DNA of 57,641 bases. Origin: Balanoglossus misakiensis (lineage: Eukaryota; Animalia; Hemichordata). The DNA lies in NCBI GenBank assembly GCA_040954595.2, contig CM082585.2, forward strand, positions 11,673,079 to 11,730,719, given 5' to 3'. Shown here in pieces: positions 13,201 to 27,600 of this stretch (its first letter is position 1; each line of letters opens with the position of its first letter). A program made the position numbers and the translations under genes. Under the pieces are notes generated by a model. The model had not been told where the DNA came from and did no database searches. It saw nothing but the letters and a program-made list of their open reading frames with translations.

Positions 13201-14070
13201 CCCTCATCAGGATCCATACGACATTTAATCGGTGGTTTCCAAAAGTTCCAGGACTTAAGTTATTTTATTGAAAAAGATTGGTATAAATAGATTTTTACTA
13301 CGTTATGCACAGAAATAGATTTTTTGTCATAAATAGTTTATATTTATACCACCCATTTTCTATTGTTGTACTCTAATCTATTCCTTATCATTTACATTTC
13401 GTTTTTCCCTTACACTGATGAGTGGCAAAACTATACACAGGACGTTGAAGCATATATGCAAATACGGATGATTAAAACAATCACTTAAAATAATACTTCG
13501 CCATCCATGATCCTATATATTTTTCGGACAACCCGTCCTGATAAGCATCTGCAGTGTCGATGAAATTGCCGCCATATTCAGCGTATCTATCTAAAATCTG
13601 ATGAGACAGACGTTCGTCACATTGGCCTGGGCGACCGTGCTTAAAAGAAAAACACAAAGCAAATTTCTGCGTGAGAGAAGAACTTCTGTGGAAAGAAATA
13701 ATGTCAATTGTGTTTTCGAGAGTTATTCATGGTGCGATATTTACCCAGCGCTTACATTTCTACCGGGCTGTGGAACCTTTTCACATATCATTATTTTATC
13801 ATTTCATTTCCACATTCATATTTCTTGAGTAAGAATTTTAAAACATGTTGGCATGGTGTACTTAAAGGTACTGGTAGTATTGACCTACTTTCTTTAGCAA
13901 ATATTACGCTGACCTTTCAATTGGGTCGTATGGTAATGGTTAAAGCAAACATGTACCTTGTCTTCTCCGAATGTCACCGTTCCCAGGCAAATGTTTGACA
14001 CCTTTAACCCAGAATTGCCAAAATAATTGTACTTCACTCGCGCAAGCAATCTTGCTGTTGTTCTCACCAT
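10282..14070 (-). pseudogene. Aldo-keto reductase (YajO/Tas-like); this allele has a transposon inserted in coding exon 5
   Basis: Eight exons: SGLKVSNICLGTVTFG | GNFIDTADAY | VVATK...SLKRLQTDYIDLYQ | IHCWD...GKVRYLGASN | QYSLLSR...LFPWG[insertion]ALK | GWLTGK | AIRWLLQ...IIGAKTLQQLDNN | ...NKL*. The catalytic D/Y/K/H residues are present and I saw no other lesion. Confidence 0.85.
11305..12395. mobile_element. Non-autonomous hAT-superfamily DNA transposon (1091 bp)
   Basis: Imperfect TIRs: CAGGGATCGCGTTA on the left, CAGGGATTGCGCTA (reverse complement) on the right. Perfect 8-bp TSD CCCCATGG at 11297-11304 and 12396-12403. Subterminal GGGAC/GTCCC repeats. No transposase ORF. Confidence 0.92.
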
Positions 14071-14158
14071 GTCGGCTGCTGACGATTTGGACTGATAGTG
14101 ATGGACAGGTTATAAAGGGGAAACCACCTTGGTGCATTTATAAACAAACATCTGTCAA

Positions 14159-14174
14159 CAGCGCCCTCTATTGG
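14159..14174 (-). promoter_or_regulatory. CTCF-like motif between the divergent AKR and INTS6 genes
   Basis: CAGCGCCCTCTATTGG is the reverse complement of CCAATAGAGGGCGCTG, a near-consensus CTCF core. Confidence 0.55.
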
Positions 14175-14269
14175 AGCAACTGTCAGGTGAAACTCTACTG
14201 ATCAATGAGTCGAGTATGGTTAAACTGAATATACATGTAGATGCCGTATCTGTATTGAAATCCATCACA

Positions 14270-14302
<33 letters not shown>

Positions 14303-14420
14303 AGCAACTGTCAGGTGAAACTCTACTGATCGATGAGTCGAGTATGGTTAAACTGAATATACATGTAGATGCCCTATCTGTATTGAAATCCATCACAGAT
14401 GATGATGAAGATGATGGTGG

Positions 14421-14462
<42 letters not shown>

Positions 14463-14471
14463 CGACGATGG

Positions 14472-14523
<52 letters not shown>
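14175..14523. repeat. Tandem duplication of a ~95-bp unit, each copy ending in a (GAT)n microsatellite
   Basis: The unit agcaactgtcaggtgaaactctactgatc...ccatcacag starts at ~14176 and ~14303 with 2 mismatches. The first copy is followed by ~11 GAT-type triplets and the second by ~40. Confidence 0.92.
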
Positions 14524-15443
14524 AAGTGTGATTTTGACGACCCCACGCCTCTCTTTCGCCGCATGTAGACTTTTGACCAAAGAAGTAGACTCTGGCACGA
14601 CTTTTGACCCCACTCATATGTACTTATTTACAAACCATGATATATAGATGCACGTCCATTTTACCCAGCATTTTGCAGAAAATATATACTATGAGTTTTG
14701 CCATCAATATTTGTTCCAAATGTTCCAAATCGAAATTTGGGATTACGCTCTAAAGTATATGTTAGAGACCAGTGCCCAAGATATACATAGTTATCATCAA
14801 AAATGAAAATGACTAAACTTTATGAATTAAATTCATTCATTCTTACGAGTCAAACTTTTATTTTTAACCATAAACTTTCATGACCAGGTCCAACTCATGA
14901 ATGATGAATATGTAAGCTTATAGACCCTATGTACTCCATGTAGAAACCGACCATGCCCTTATGCAAAGCTTATTCATATCACGACAACGTTTCTACAGGC
15001 TATTGAGAATGTACCATTTCAGGAATTTGCCGTCAGCTTAGGGGACCCGCCTTCCATCCCCTAAATCATACAGTTTAATGGAAATATGAGAGATCTATTC
15101 TCGGTTTGTAACGTTCTCTGTGTCTTGACGTGACGCTAGTGTTTTCACAAAATAAACAAACCGATTGTGAAAGCCAGCGTGTGTAAGCGGTTGACAGCGT
15201 TAATCCTTCAAAGGGGTTATTGTACTCGTCGTAGATGGCGTTCTCATCCTGCGAATGGCTGCAATGTGTCACGTGACATGGAGCAGTTATTGGCGTGTGG
15301 ATTTCATAGCTGCTGTGAACGGCAGCTTTGCGCTCAGTTGCCCGGAGAGGAAAGAGAAGAATTAGCGGCCTTAAAATAGGCCCTAAACTCAACAAGGCCT
15401 CACATAATTACACAGATCGGCAGTTAAACACCCCATCTACAAC

Positions 15444-18400
15444 ATGCCGATCTTAGTTTTTCTCGTCGATACCAGTGCGTCGATGAATCAGCGGACTTAT
15501 GTTGGGACTACATTATTAGATGTAGCGAAGGGGGCTGTAGAGACCTTTATGAAGGTACGTCATATGCATAATAAACCCTGTTTTGTCTTTTGTTGACCGT
15601 CACTCCACGGACACTTTCCCCGTATTTGTTCAGGGAAAAAACATTGCCGTAAGATTTGATGATATGTTTTACACTCTTATGATATATTTTACAGCTTCGA
15701 GCCCGCGATCCAGCGAGTAGAGGAGACCGCTACATGCTAGCTTCTTATGATGACCCACCCGCCACAATAAAGGTAAAACTTCCCTGTCAATTTTGTTTAT
15801 TTTTCTTCACAGATTTAGAAATTCTATCGCCTGCATGTGCAGACAGAAATGATTTTTTATCAGAAAATTACATGCATGCACCAGATAGCGGCACAAATGC
15901 GGCAAATTCCGTAATAATCTTAGGAGCGCACGACCACGCTCTACCTGGTCCGTCGGACATCTTGTAAAACTGTAGTGACGTGAAGTATTGTGGGTATAAG
16001 CTACGTAGACATGTCATTTGCATAGCATATGCAAAGTAGGCGATCGAGGGAATGCACATGCATGCTTGGAGTTGTAAACATTTTATTTCAATCCCTGTGA
16101 CAGTATGTTTTCAGAAACAAAATATGGTGGAAAGTTACTCAACTGTAGGCCTGGCAGTCGGTTAATTGTTATCCGAAAACAAATATTTTTTGTCAATTAT
16201 TGCAAGTAAGATATTAATTTTTTAGTTGTGTGGTTTCGGGTAGAACAGTCAATTTCACCAAGATTTCAGCAACCTATCATGCTATTTATTTCTTTTTATG
16301 ATGATAGGCCGGTTGGAAAGAAAATCATGCAACTTTCATGAACGAGCTGAAAAATTTACAAGCAAATAGTCTGTCCGGCCTTGGACCGGCCCTCAAACAG
16401 ACTTTTGATTTGCTGAATGTGAACAGACTACACTCAGGAATCGACAACTATGGTCAGGTTGGTATTGTCAAACTTTGTCTCATATTCTGTGGAAAAGAGA
16501 AGTAGAGAGTTAGTGTTTCCATGACAATAGATGACCCTTTTTAGAATCATTTGGTAAGGTCATCAGTCTAGACTTCCAGTTTCTGCTTAGATCAGATCAT
16601 AGTCATAACAACTGTTACAATTTCTGCCCGATTTATATTTCAGGGTCGTAATCCGTTTTTTCTGGAACCAGCCATGATCATCACATTGACAGATGGTAAT
16701 AAACTCACCAGTCTCACAGGAACATATGAGGAGGTAGGAATTTACCAGGAACTCTTATTAAAGAAATACAATCATCTGTAATTTACAATGTACATATGCT
16801 CATATATAGTCAAAGGACACATAAGATCCCAGATCAAGCAAAAGTTTATTCCATTGTTGTTGTGTTTTCCAGTTGCATCTTCCCATGCACTCATCACCAC
16901 CAGGAAGTGAACTGACCAAGGAACCTTTCCGATGGGATCAGAGGTTATTTTCCATAGTGCTAAGGATGCCGGCAGCCCCGTCCCCATATCTTGACCGGAA
17001 TGCCAACCAGCAACTTCCATGGGCTGAAGATTGTCCTGTCAATGCCATGTGTGACGTCACTGGAGGTGAGAAATAACACACATGTGGCATCTTTCAATAA
17101 ATTGATTTTTTGCTGCTCAGAACAAAATAACAAGAAAATCTATATAAAAAATACAGATGTTCTCAGTTTGAACAAGTGTTGTTGTTTTTCTGCTACATAT
17201 TCACTCTTTGGTTTCTTTTTTCTTTCTCTTTTTCTCTGCCAGGTCGTTCATATGTTGTAAACTGTGTAAAACAGTTGAATCAGTGTCTCGAGTCATTGAC
17301 TCAAAAAGTCCAAAGTGGTGTAGTTCTTCATTTTGAACTCTTCGGTTCTGAACCAGCTCCTGTCAATCAAGAAGGTAGGTTCAAAACAAGATGTGCTTTT
17401 TCAGTAGCATTTAATAATCAAGAGGTCAAAAAGTTGCTTGTTTCAAATGTAGGTCAAACAATAAAAAGTTCCAGGGAATGCAAACTCTTGAAACGTCGTT
17501 GAATATTAAACCTCTCCTGCATTGTCCTGGAAAGGCCTGGATAAACCAGTAAATGTTTCCATTTATTTTATGAACAGGAAAGACTACACCCGTTGCAAAT
17601 AACCTTGACAGAAAATCACCTATCGTCATGGAAACAGACAAGCCAGTGAATGGTCCACTCAGTGAAAACAATAATCTTGAAAATAACAGAAATAAAGATG
17701 AAGGTAAGTCATTTATAGTAAAAGGGTCTGGAATTGTCATCTGTCAGAGTTCTATCACAATAGGAACAGAAACCAAAACTGGTGCTGTAAAAGTTAAACT
17801 TCCCAGTGACATCATCTTTGGGGTCATGAACTTTTGACCCTAGGGTAGCAGTACATAATATACACACATTGATTGGTCATGAGGGTAATCAATCTCACTG
17901 CAAAGTATGTTTTATCTTCTCAGTTCCAGGTAAGAACTCTGTCCTGACAAATCATAGCGGGAACAACATCCGGAATACATCACCAACCACAGCGGCCAGT
18001 GCAGCGTGGCAGAGTAGTCATAAACTTATCTATGTCAGACCTAATCCCAAGACAGGTGTTCCGATGGGTCACTGGCCGATACCGGAATCATTCTGGCCAG
18101 ATGCTACTGCTCCAACACTGGTAAGTTGATCTGTGTATGTGTACATTGTTGTATCAATAAGACCACACTTATACAATTTTACAAAAATTGATGATTCATA
18201 ACTCGTGACTGGTAATTGTCACCTTTTTATTTCACAGCCTCCCCGAGATGCTCACCCTATTGTACGTTTTGTCTGCACCGACTGTGAACCCATGATTCTG
18301 GAAAATTTGCCGTTTGACAAATATGAACTGGAGCCTTCGCCTCTCACGCAGTTCATTCTTGAAAGAAAAGCACCTCAACTTTGCTGGCAGGTATGGTTGA

Positions 18401-21393
18401 AATTACAAATCGAGAAAATAGCTGTTGCAATAAAAAATGATATTCAGCTTTTCTCTTAAAGGAAGTACTGGCTTCTGATTCATGATCATGCTAACTTTTT
18501 CACATATTTTTTATTTGCAGGTGTTCGTCAGTAACAGTTGTAAATACAGTGACTTAGGTTACCCGTTTGGTTATCTGAAAGCAAGCGTCAGTCTCACTTG
18601 TGTCAACTTATTTGTCCTGCCCTATAATTATCCAGTTTTGATATCATTGTTAGGTAAGTGAGATCTTCATATGCTCTAGTGGCTTTTCATTCAGGAGACT
18701 GATGAAAAACTTGTGACGTGAACTTAATAGATATCGAATGATAATCACATGTATTTATTGTTATTTATTCCCTGTAGATGAACTTTTCAAAGTACATAAA
18801 TTAAAGCCAAGTGCAAAATGGAGGCAGACGTTTGATATCTACCTCAAAACAGTACCAAGTTACTATGCTGGGGTGAGTATTATATTTAGATTGGATAAAA
18901 ATTCAGCTGGGACTGTGAAACCATCAATTTCATCCATGCAATGTGTGCTATATCAATCCACAATTGGATGTGACGTTCAGATGATTTTGGTTCATGAGGA
19001 ATTCTCTGTGCATGAAATGATCTTTGACTTCATCTCTTCCTTTCTGTGTTGCAGTCACTTCGGACAGCGCTGCGGCGGATGGGCACACCCAACTTGATCC
19101 CAGACAACGTGGAGAACTGCATCGGCTACAGTGTAGTCTCACACCTCAAGAAACTTAAACAGCAGTCCAGAATAGAGGCGGACAGACTAGCAGTACAAAT
19201 AAGCAGTATCAAGAATAAAGGCCAAGAAGGTGCTGTCAAAGTTATACCGAGGTTAGTGATGATTTTGTGTCTACGATTGTGGAAATATATGTTTATACTG
19301 TATTGAAATGTATCAGTGATATGGAACTGACAAGACTTTCTCTAGTCACCTTGGAAGGTATTGTCTTCTATAGTACATGTAAATGAAATGACATTTTCTG
19401 ATTGTTATTGCCTGCACAGGTCACCGTTGCCATCATTAGCCAAACAGAGAGATTTCCAACAGCTACTTCAAAACTTCACCGGGGAGACTATTGCCTTGAA
19501 GCAAGACCACAATGTCAACGAGTTCCCCAACTTCACTCTGGCCCTGAATAACAAAGATATCAAGCCACAGAGTTTCAGAAATCCGTTTGATATCCCCAGG
19601 AAAGATATATTGGATCAGATCTTCCGTATGAGGACAAATTTCCTGAGAACATCGGCAACGACGCAGCCAAGGTTTCAAGATGAAGGTGAGATTTCATGCG
19701 TACAATCACACGCCGTTCATTGCCCAAGCCACCATAGTTTAGATCAGGCAAGACTTACACAAATGTACACTTTATATACATCGTGTAATACCAGTGCATA
19801 CTCTTGTTGTCTTCCATGCAGATCAAAGTCACAGCATACCAGTTGCTGAGATGGGTAATTATCAAGAGTACTTAAAACGCATGCCAGCGCCGCTACGAGA
19901 TGCTGATCCAGCACCGGCCAGACTTCACACTTTTGGAAATCCATTCAAGTTGGACGATAAGAACAAGGTGAGTGAATCAGCCATGATGTGTGGTCATTCT
20001 GTAGTAGCTCTTGTAGAGTAAGGAGGAATCTGGTAAACCGGAATCTGTATTCTCTGCAGACATGAGGGTTGTACTTAGATATTTTGATAAAAGGAGAAAT
20101 TATTGGTATAATTATCAATTATTTTTGTTTGACAGAAAATGATGGTTGATGAGGCAGACGTGAACGAGGCCATGACAGGACCCCAGGTGCGCAACAAACG
20201 CCAGATGGACACACCACCTGGATCTCCTGCACCCAAGCGACAACGTAGCATGTCACCCTCACCACCAAGCAGACGACCACCTCCAAACATGCCGCCTAAT
20301 TCACCCACCAATCAATATTTTAGGCGATCACCCTCACCCATGCCTCTTGGCAAACCACCGTCTACTTCCCAGCAAATAGCTATGCAACAAAATAAAGGTT
20401 AGTCAGGAGTTTATTCAAGTGATTGCAAGATATTTAAAAAATCTATATGACTGGATCAAATGTAGCGAAATCTCCCTATACCGTCGTTGCTATGTTTCAC
20501 ATGACCTCTGAACCCTCATGCATCAACATGAAGCAACATTAACATAACATTTGCAATTTTGACAGTGTGTCTCTTTTAAAATTACATACATGTTTTGCTC
20601 TGATGTCAGCATGAGAACCTCTTTTTTTAAGTCAACTCTCTTGTGGTCAACAGATATGAAGAAATTAGAAAATAGTAAACTGATAAAGAATGAAGAGGAC
20701 CTCCACAATGTGAGAGAAATTCTCAGTCTCGCTTCGCAACAACAGAAACAACTTCAAGAAGCAGAAGAAGACATGGATGTGCAAATTGTCAATCATAGCA
20801 ACGGTGCTGAAGATGAACCAATCACACAGACTCTTACAAAGAAACCCAGTGTGGACAATGTGAGAGGCGAGGAGCCAATCACAGAGAGTGTTACTGTGAC
20901 GGGGAAATCGCTGACCAATAATGTGGAGCCTAAGAGGAAGGAAAGCAAGATTGTTGTGACTGATCCAAGGACAATTATTGAGAATAATCTGAAATTACGG
21001 GATGAAATTGTCAAGGTCATAAGGAGACCAGGAAAAAGTAAGTAATGGCCCCATAAGATAACATTTGCATACTTATTTGCATAAACATGAATATGAATGT
21101 GAATATGAGTTATTTGCATACATTTACATATACATGTATTATTTGCCATCTAATCGGATTTCCTCTTTGTATTTTCCCCCTTAGATCACGCCATCATCTT
21201 TGAACATTTGAGCTCAGTGTGTGGTGATGCTCAAATAAAGTACATGTTCATCAACGAGGTCATTCGCGAGGCGACGCGATTCAAGAGGAAATCGCTCATA
21301 CAGCATTTACAGTTGTATCAACAATCAATCAACAAATCGAACCGGACAATGTCTCGTCAGAACAGTGTACTTCCCCACCATTCGCGGAGGTAG
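15444..21393 (+). CDS. INTS6: Integrator complex subunit 6 (vWA domain)
   Basis: MPILVFLVDTSASMNQRTY...LDVAKGAVETFMK, GIDNYGQGRNPFFLEP, GSELTKEPFRWDQRLF, GHWPIPESFWPD, LPFDKYELEPSPLTQFILERK, HSIPVAEMGNYQEYLK, LHTFGNPFK, EVIREATRFKRKSL; TAG at 21391-21393. Confidence 0.96.
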
Positions 21394-24300
21394 TAGCTCT
21401 TCATGGTTGTACATAGTAGATGGTAGAATGAACTGTGATTCTTTTTTTACCGGAGTAAGTCCACCTTCAAACGAAATGGTATGTTCCACCATGTGGGGCA
21501 TTCTATTCTATGTCAAAGGGGAAAGCAGGTTTCAACTGTGTTTGTTTGCAGGATATACACCTTCAAATAATTTTGTTTGCTCCAGTATGGGGGATATTCA
21601 GCTTTCTTAGTTTGTGTGCGGATATGCAACTTGCAAGTCAAATCTATCCACTCTGATGAATTGTTGCCACAAAAATCATTTCAAAGCAGGATACCCTCGA
21701 CAATTGTTCAAGTTTTTGTTATCCTAAAGTCTCATTCATAATTTATACATTATGTGGATTGTTTTTGGAACAATCTATGTCCTGTTTATTGAAACGTAAA
21801 TCATAAATTATTACAGCTCTACACACAGCCTATGTTGGTGTCATAACGCACATATCCCAGAACGTAATATCTGGGAAGTATCACAAGGGTTTCTGAAGAC
21901 CATGTTGAAATCTGTGTTATTTTTTCCCATGAAGCTAAGTCACAGTTGAACAAGAAGTTTGTGCTGAATTTGCATTTTGCCACGTACTTAAAAACAGCTA
22001 CAGCAAACTGACAGAGTTTCAAAAATGCATTGTCCATGTCCAAGTGGTTTGATGGGATCATGAATTGGTTTATAAAGACTCACTATTCTCTTGCAGATCT
22101 ATTTTTCTATCATTGAAAGATTGAGAGCAATTTTTTGTGATGAACTGTGTAACTCGTGGAAAAGTTTGAAAACAGTGTTGCCAGCAGTAAAATTTAAATG
22201 AACATACTAAAAATTGTCTCATTCATTCCGTTAACCACTGGTGGTGCTGTTCACGCCAATGACCAATCTTTGTCATGCAGCGCCCTCTATGTCAGTAGAT
22301 TGAGGAAATCCTTCTGGATCATAGAAGCCGACTTGCCCCTATTTCTTCAAAAAACACTTGTGTGAACACCCAGGCTACTTGACAGATTCAGTAAGACTGT
22401 AATTTAAAGCAATAAGATTTGTACAAGTGTTTCTGTATTTATAGATTTCCGAACACTCGCATTTTTTTAACTTAAAATGTGCCCCCAAATAGACAACGGT
22501 ACAAGTAAAACAAAACTCTGTTTTGCTGTAGCATCATCTGTTAAAGTTTTCATTGTTTGTGTGTATTTCTTTTTAGGTTATAGATACTTTTAAAATGTGC
22601 TTTCCAAATTGTTCTCAACTTGTGAATAACAACTAAATGTGATTCTTCACATCATATTATGTCATGCGCACTGTCAAGACGTTTTCAGTCATCCTCACTT
22701 GGGTCATTAGTACAGTCCGGATACAATACTGCCCTCTAGTGCCAGATTCCTGAAATTCATTTGTTTAAATATGTCCGCATGGGAAGTTGTTCTCCAATTA
22801 CTGTGGTGTTTCATGTCAACTTCCATGCCAACACTGCCAGCAATTTTGGCTTGTAATTGTAAATATTGGTAAACATATTGAATTCCATTTTTGATGCAGA
22901 GAGATTTTTGGATTTTTTGGACTGTACATAAAATGACAATTTTTCATATATATATAAATAAATTTATATATATATGTATAACCTTCGTGTGATAAACTTT
23001 TCTGAGTGTAACAAAGGTGTGCCTGAGTTTAGCATTTTCCAAACTGTAAATATTTTTTTTTGATTTTGTAAAACATGTTGAAAAGATGCCACAGATGCAA
23101 TGTATTTATTTACCACACTTTTGTAATAAAAAAAGCGTAGAAAATTGATATGATTGTTTCACATGGATTACCATACATTGTGTGTGATTGCAGACACGAA
23201 TACATTATATGGCTAACAGCATCCAGACAACATCTGTGATTTTGGTATGCTAAACAACTCAATCACATCTACCAATCACAAGCTTCGCAAAATGACCTGA
23301 TGAATGGTGAATGACACATTTTGATTGGATAGTTGTCAGCTAGTTCATTTGCCAGATGGTCAGTGAGGTGCCACTTCCATCATTCGAGACTCAGTCTTTG
23401 ACGTACAAGCATCATGGCTGAAAGTAGTGACGACAACGACCACAGTATTCACCACCAAGAGCGATAGCTGACGCGACGACCAAGTGAAAGTCATGACTGA
23501 CAATAAGGACTGGATTTTCCAAGATTTTGGTAGCCTCATTGAAGATAATGTACATGGAAAGTGACTACGAAAATTGAGGGTGACTGTTCTCCTGGCTTGC
23601 AGCCCCAATTGCACACATCCTCTACAGTAAGTAAATTTTCTATCATTTTTTTCTCAAAATATTTAAATGTAAAGTTATTCTTTGATTAGGGATTTTTGAT
23701 TACATGTCAGTAAGGTACTTCAAAGAAGTTCTGGTTCATCGAAAAAAAATTGACACTCAACCAAAACCGTGTGCTAGGTAGAAATGAAACCCCAGTCAAA
23801 GGTCGAGCCCAGGGCAAAGATTACACTGAGACAAAGATGGCCGAACTAAGTATGCGCACCTGGAAGCAGTTCTTCCTGGTGGAGGCAGCATTTCTTTCAA
23901 AATGAACAATGGCTAATCTATTAGTGAGTGAATGTTATGCCAGGTAGAGGGGCACATCTGGATACTCAGTGTAATATCTCAGGACAAAATTCAAAAGCAC
24001 ACTGTCCCAAGAGAACAAAGTCTGGGCATGTCTGGAATAGTGGTGTATACATCTTTATTGATACCATGGTCAACATTTACATATCAATTGTTACAGTCAG
24101 ACAGACAAAAATATACAACAACCCAGAACGAAAACTTGACAGATTGCAGGATATGACTCAGCAAGATCTGTGTGACAGCTCGAGTTACAACCATATGTCA
24201 TCTTTGCTGAGTGTTTTAAGTACTTATAGTAATATACACAATTACAGAGCACAACAACAATATACAACAGTTGTGAGATGCCACATAGACCGTCATTAAA

Positions 24301-24630
24301 ATCACAAACCTAATGCTAAAAGACACATTGAGATCTAAAGATGACACACTTACATTGATTACTCCATTCTAATACTTCTCACTGACACAGTTCTGACGTT
24401 TACCAAATGTGCCACACATCTATCATATACAATATTGCTGATAATTCCACATATGAATCTGTTATATTTTATCAGATTATCACAAATTTCTACACACGAT
24501 TGTAACATACTGCATTACATTATTGCTTCTAAAAATGTCACAGACGTACGTTCAGCCTCTAAAGTTTCACTGCTCAACTGATTATCTTTTGCACAGCTCC
24601 AGAGCACAACATGATATTCAGGAAACATAC

Positions 24631-27600
24631 TCATTTGATAGTTAGGCTGATTTTGACATCAAAATATCCCTTTGTATAAGCCACGTAACTAGCGATAGCG
24701 CCACCAATCAATGCAGTGGATGCCATGAACGTGATAAACCCTCCGGCTGATGGCAGATTTCGTTCCATGAATGTTGTGTGAAAAGGTAGTGCTGGAACAT
24801 CCTGCAATATCCAGCAAAGTTGATACTGTAACAGGTCTAGCTTTTGGATCATTACCAGTACTTATGCAGTTGTATAAAAATTTGCCGAAAGGCCATAAAG
24901 AAGATTTTAATTCACAACCCCAAAACTTTGTTTTATTAAAAAATAAAATGCAGCATTTTTTGCTTACCGGACGTGGTGGTTCATCACACCATATTTGATC
25001 AGCAGAAATTTTATCCATGTGATGTAGGATCTGATGAAAAGAAGGAAAAACTAATAAGAAGTATGAATTATTTATAAAACATAGTTTGCTTTGTTTATTA
25101 TTTTTAAATGCAATTCATAATTTGTTCATTATTTCTTATATACACAAGTGTCTATGAACAGACATTAATACTGATCACTAAATTAATAGCACCCCTCAGA
25201 TTGTCCATACCTCTCTTGAAGCTCTTTCTCCGGCCTGTATAGCACCTTCCATGTATCCTGACCACTCTGTTGCTGTCTCAGTGCCAGCAAAATACAGCCT
25301 TCCTATTGGCTCACGAAGTGATCTGAAACAAAAAACAATAGAGTAGGATAGCACAGCAACCAATAGGCACACTCATTACAAAACTAAAGTCACTGACTGA
25401 GACATTTTGGTCAGGTTCAAATGTTAGCCAAGTTGTTCTCATCTGTTCAAGAAGACAAGATGAATTTCTACACTTTACAAAAAATATTATAAGACAGCAA
25501 ACTAGTACATTACCCTGTTGGTTTTCTGGTTATACCTTCCATATTTGGAAAGGTGGATTTTTGTGATCAAATATACAGTGTACTTACCTTCCATATTTGG
25601 CAAACTGGCCTGGTGGAACAATTGTTGTATAGCAGCCACCTGTGTACTGTTCTTCCATCCAGTTTTTTTCTAAATAGAATATTGGGCTGAGTGCCTCGTC
25701 ATTGTCAAAGGTTTTGGCCAAAGCTTCGCAAACCAAGCATTTCCTGTAAACATAAACATTGAACCAGTTGTTGCAATGCTGTGTGTAAGCTAGCACAGAA
25801 GAAAGGTCAACTCAATAAGCTGCAGTACATCACAAAATACAAATCAAGGCTGTAAAGGTTATTTTTATAAAATAATTCTCTCGGTCTTCACCTCTCATCT
25901 TGTGATTTTTCAGCAAATCTTCTTGCTTGGTCTCCGATCACAAATCTGCAGATGTCAAAAGAAGGGTTATTAATTCATGAAAAAATTGGCTATATGCGAA
26001 ATCTTCCAGGGTCTCGTGAGGTTCAGAAAATTGTCTCTGACTTGGAGCTCACTGTTGTTATAATTCTACTTACGTTACTACAGCTGGATATTTCCCATCA
26101 GGCTTTGTATCATCCAACACATGCACGAATGGGATGTCTGGATCAATTGCTATGACAGATCCATTCATGTCTGAATAAAAACGGCAGAGAAACATATTGA
26201 TGTTCTGATTCTCCAGAGGGCACTCAGGAGTTTTTTGATACAATTGATAGTTCATGGTGAAATTACTACAAGCTATATAACAATATTATACTATCATTTT
26301 CTGAAATCACAAATCCCATTATAGAAGAGACAGTTTCAACATGCTTGTAGTTGTAGATGCAGTCGTTTGCGTTCATGCATATTAATATCTAGTGCACCAT
26401 GGACCAGCCACCATATACTTACGTTTTTTACGCCAAAATGGTGTTTTGTAGTAAGCTATGCATTTCATACTCGCACCCATTGGATGGCGTTGCGTCAGTT
26501 GGTTACACATTGGTGTCAGAGGAGGATCGTATATTATATGTGATCTCATTGGTGGAGGAAGTGCTAAGATGACGTAACTACACTAGATGAGCCAATCACC
26601 ATTAGTGAAGGAGATAGATGATAAAAATTGGTTTAAAGAGCATGTCATTGTGGGAAAATTAGCAAAATCATGTTTGAATCTCAGTCTGAAGACATAGAAA
26701 CTTATTCGTTATATCTGAACAAAATCAATTTTAGTCATGCATATATAAAATGAAGCAAAGACATAAACAAACTGTTGTTACCTGGTAAACTTCACCTCCT
26801 ACAATGGTTACCATGGCACCATGATCTACTTGTTGTATTTTCACAACTGGTGAGTCTAATTTCAGTTTGTCACCCAGTCTCTCAGCTAGTCTCTTGCTAA
26901 TTTGTTGTGTTCCACCAATGAACTTCCTCTCCTGTGAAAATCACATGATTCCACAATTACATAGAGATTCTCACAATGTTGTTACATTTGGTAGTGCTGA
27001 TTTGCATAGTAACTCAAACTCACCTGTCCACCATTTGTTGTTGATGATATTCTCATGAATCCTCCGCATTGTCTGATATACCACAGATACCATAGCATAG
27101 AAATTTCATGGGGTTCGGCACATACATTTATTAGAACTTGTTGTCTAGCGAAGTCCTTCATCTTCCTGAAATTACAAAAATTACAGGAAACAGAGTGAAA
27201 CCATCGGAGGAAATCAGCTAACATGGAACAATGGAAAATAACGTCCTTCATAGTTTATTCATACACTTTTGAGCTGTACATATTCAGTAATTAGGAAAAC
27301 AGTTTGTAAAGAAAGACATGGGCGAAGTTGAACCAAATCATAAGGAAACAACGCCATAATATCTTTTCATCAAAATAGACCTACTTTGTCCACAAATTTT
27401 TCTCAATCCATTCTTTCATGTTGGTGTTGTCCCATTTCTCGGCATACGGACAATCCCAAGGTGCATCCATAGGAATCTGAAATCACAGCATCTTGATTTT
27501 AATAATAGTCATACATTTTGTACAAATAAAACGCCACAATGTGATTTTACAATTTATAAGCTCTGTGAAAACCAGGAGCAAGCTTTGTATAAACAACGTT

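Noticed and set aside
14265-14647. Poly-Ser/Asp/His/Ile/Met ORFs in several frames
   Set aside because: Artefacts of the (GAT)n microsatellite; no splice or coding context.
15790-15817. Acceptor followed by an immediate stop (possible INTS6 poison exon)
   Set aside because: Only 39 nt from the upstream donor, too short for an intron, and no clear downstream donor.
17920-17934. CAG-TTCCAG-GTAAGA, a possible 6-nt microexon or recursive splice site in INTS6
   Set aside because: Using it would delete conserved coding sequence (PIPESFWPD); there is no other support.
23340-23900. Coding-looking, CCAAT/YY1-containing segment between INTS6 and MAO
   Set aside because: Interrupted by stops, with no recognisable protein, TIR or TSD; possibly a decayed repeat.
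25533-25600. 16-bp duplication of a MAO exon end including its donor
   Set aside because: The 52-nt offset is out of frame and the copy has a weaker donor; likely neutral.
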